DNA of 64,000 bases from Basidiobolus meristosporus CBS 931.73 (taxonomy: Eukaryota > Fungi > Basidiobolomycota), in NCBI GenBank assembly GCA_002104905.1, contig MCFE01000317.1, positions 32,655 through 96,654 on the forward strand, in the 5' to 3' direction. Of the stretch, positions 62,633 to 64,000 are shown piece after piece (the first letter of the stretch is position 1; each line of letters begins with the position of its first letter). A program made the position numbers and the translations under genes. Under the pieces are notes generated by a model. That model made no database searches. It worked only from the letters and a program-made list of their open reading frames with translations, and was not told the DNA's origin.

Positions 62633-62857
62633 TTAGGGGTTAGGGGGAGACAGTCACCAACAGGTGAAATCTTTATTTCAGTTGAAACAAAGAAGCCAGC
62701 GCTACTGTTGTAGCTTTGATACAAGAGTGTGTAGCTGAGGGGAATTTGTAGGTAAGTTAATAAGAAGTGATGATAGTTCTTCAGTGCTCAAGACACTGTT
62801 CAGTGGGAAGGGGGGTAGCAAGAGAGGTAAGAATGACTTGTGAACAACATTAATGAG
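62633..62857 (-). mobile_element. Family A LINE copy 3, short 3' fragment
   Basis: Matches 57977-58190, then breaks off at taatgag. Confidence 0.88.
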
Positions 62858-62913
62858 TGGTGAATGATCAACTAAACATGTTCTGAAGGGGAAGATTGAG
62901 TAGGCTACCTGAT

Positions 62914-63792
62914 GGGTTAGGGGGGGATGATAATCACCACAAGGTGAAATCTTTATTTAAATCATAAATAAAGAAGCCAAATTTGAATATGAATAGTTGA
63001 GATGCAGAAAGCCTACAAGATAAACTTGGACTTTGCTGTATCCCAAATATCCTCAATATTGAAGTCTAGAGGAGAATGTAGCAAAACTGCTTGTTCACTG
63101 TAGTATTTCTTGAGGAAGTTTGTGACTTGAAGGGAAGGAGAGTTTTTCAACAAGCTGGTAAACCTTTTGAGGAGTTCTTTTTCCAGAGAGAATGGCACAA
63201 ACAGTGGAATGTCCAAATGATGTCTGAATATATGCTCTGAGAGCTCCCAATCCAGCATATTTTTGACTTCTTCTGTAAAATCTTCAACAATATCTTTGTC
63301 AAGAATAACTTCCAAGAGATCCCTGGCAATGTACTGAATGTTAATAATCTTAGGCATATGAATACCTAGGTCCTTGAGGTAGTTTCTTTGTTCTGAAATT
63401 GGGAGATAGCCAGCATTTCTGAAATAGCAAACAGCCCAATTGGTAGTGGGAGGAGTATCAGGGCTGACAGGGAATCTTCTTCTAGCTTTAGGGTGCACTG
63501 GCTTAGGTGACTGTCTTGTTGAAAGGGCAGCTGGCTTTGGATGAGCTTGAAGTGCTTGGGAGCATGTCTGAGTATGAATGGCAGGAGTTGCTGGTTGCTG
63601 ACAGTGGTCAGATTGACTGGAAGAAGAGCTGGTTGAGGGGTTGCAAGGTAAGGAAGAAGCTGAAAGAGAAGTAGAAAGTGCTGGATGAAGTTCAGAGAGA
63701 GTTTTGAAGAGAACCTGAATCTGAGATTTCAACATTGAGTTTTCAGCTTCAAGAAGAGAAACTCTTTGTTCAAGATAAGAAGTCTGTAAAGA
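62914..63792 (-). mobile_element. ORF1-only element C, 5'-truncated
   Basis: LEQRVSLLEAENSML coil and WAVCYFRNAGYLPISEQRNYLKDLGI...LLEVILDKD domain. Stop at 63013-63015, about 35 bp before the 3' module. Confidence 0.82.
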
Positions 63793-64000
63793 GTTAGGGG
63801 GGAGGAAAGTCACCAAGTGGTGAAATCTTTATTTACTTATGACGAGTATCTAAAGAAGCCAAGTTAATCTGAAGTTACTCCTAGAAAGCTAGGTCTGAGA
63901 GATATCTTCCTGGTAAGCCAGGTATGAGAGTTGAGAAGCTGAGTTAGGGGGGAGGAAAGTCACCAAGTGGTGAAATCTTTATTTACTTATGACAAGTATC
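63793..64000 (-). mobile_element. Two further 3' fragments of element B (63793-63942 and 63943 to window end)
   Basis: Both start gttaggggggaggaaagtcaccaagtggtgaaatctttatttacttatgac. Confidence 0.85.

Larger units (their letters stand above)
51728..64000 (-). mobile_element. Head-to-tail array of telomere-repeat-joined retroelements (putative subtelomere)
   Basis: About 14 copies of a shared 3' module, all in one orientation, most starting on + with TTAGGG plus a G-run and followed by truncated element bodies. Confidence 0.9.

Noticed and set aside
51728-64000. CRISPR-like repeat-spacer array formed by the recurring hairpin module
   Set aside because: Spacers range from 40 bp to 4 kb and are retroelement bodies, the genome is eukaryotic, and no cas genes are present.

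Overview
Eukaryotic DNA from an intron-rich fungus, probably an early-diverging, Basidiobolus-like lineage (inference from protein families and short GT-AG introns). Positions 1-49.7 kb are gene-dense and mostly housekeeping: chitin synthase, MATH-BTB, RhoGEF-BAR-SH3, PAS-PAS, Stc1-like, cyclin, Mit1/CHD-like remodeler, BOR1, TMEM14, MMS19, M36 fungalysin, MAD2, C2H2 TF, EMC6, SDR, Nro1/Ett1, ATP1, bL21m, ATP4, mL54, ALG14 and a GT31. An AT-rich zone with a small secreted 8-Cys peptide gene follows. From about 51.7 kb to the window end lies a head-to-tail, single-orientation array of mostly 5'-truncated retroelements that looks subtelomeric. The array mixes three kinds of unit: APE-endonuclease/RT LINEs (ORF1 and ORF2 in frame, separated only by TGA-CTA), ORF1-only elements, and a non-coding element with a tRNA-like head. 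All end in the same covarying double-hairpin 3' module followed by a C-run and TAA(CCC), joined to the previous unit through only 1-2 TTAGGG repeats, with no poly(A) tail or visible target-site duplication. The best-supported reading is a multi-component retroelement system that extends the chromosome end (HeT-A/TART/MoTeR-like logic with an APE-LINE). The chromosome end itself is not in the window. Exon boundaries and element junctions were read by eye and may be off by a few bases.
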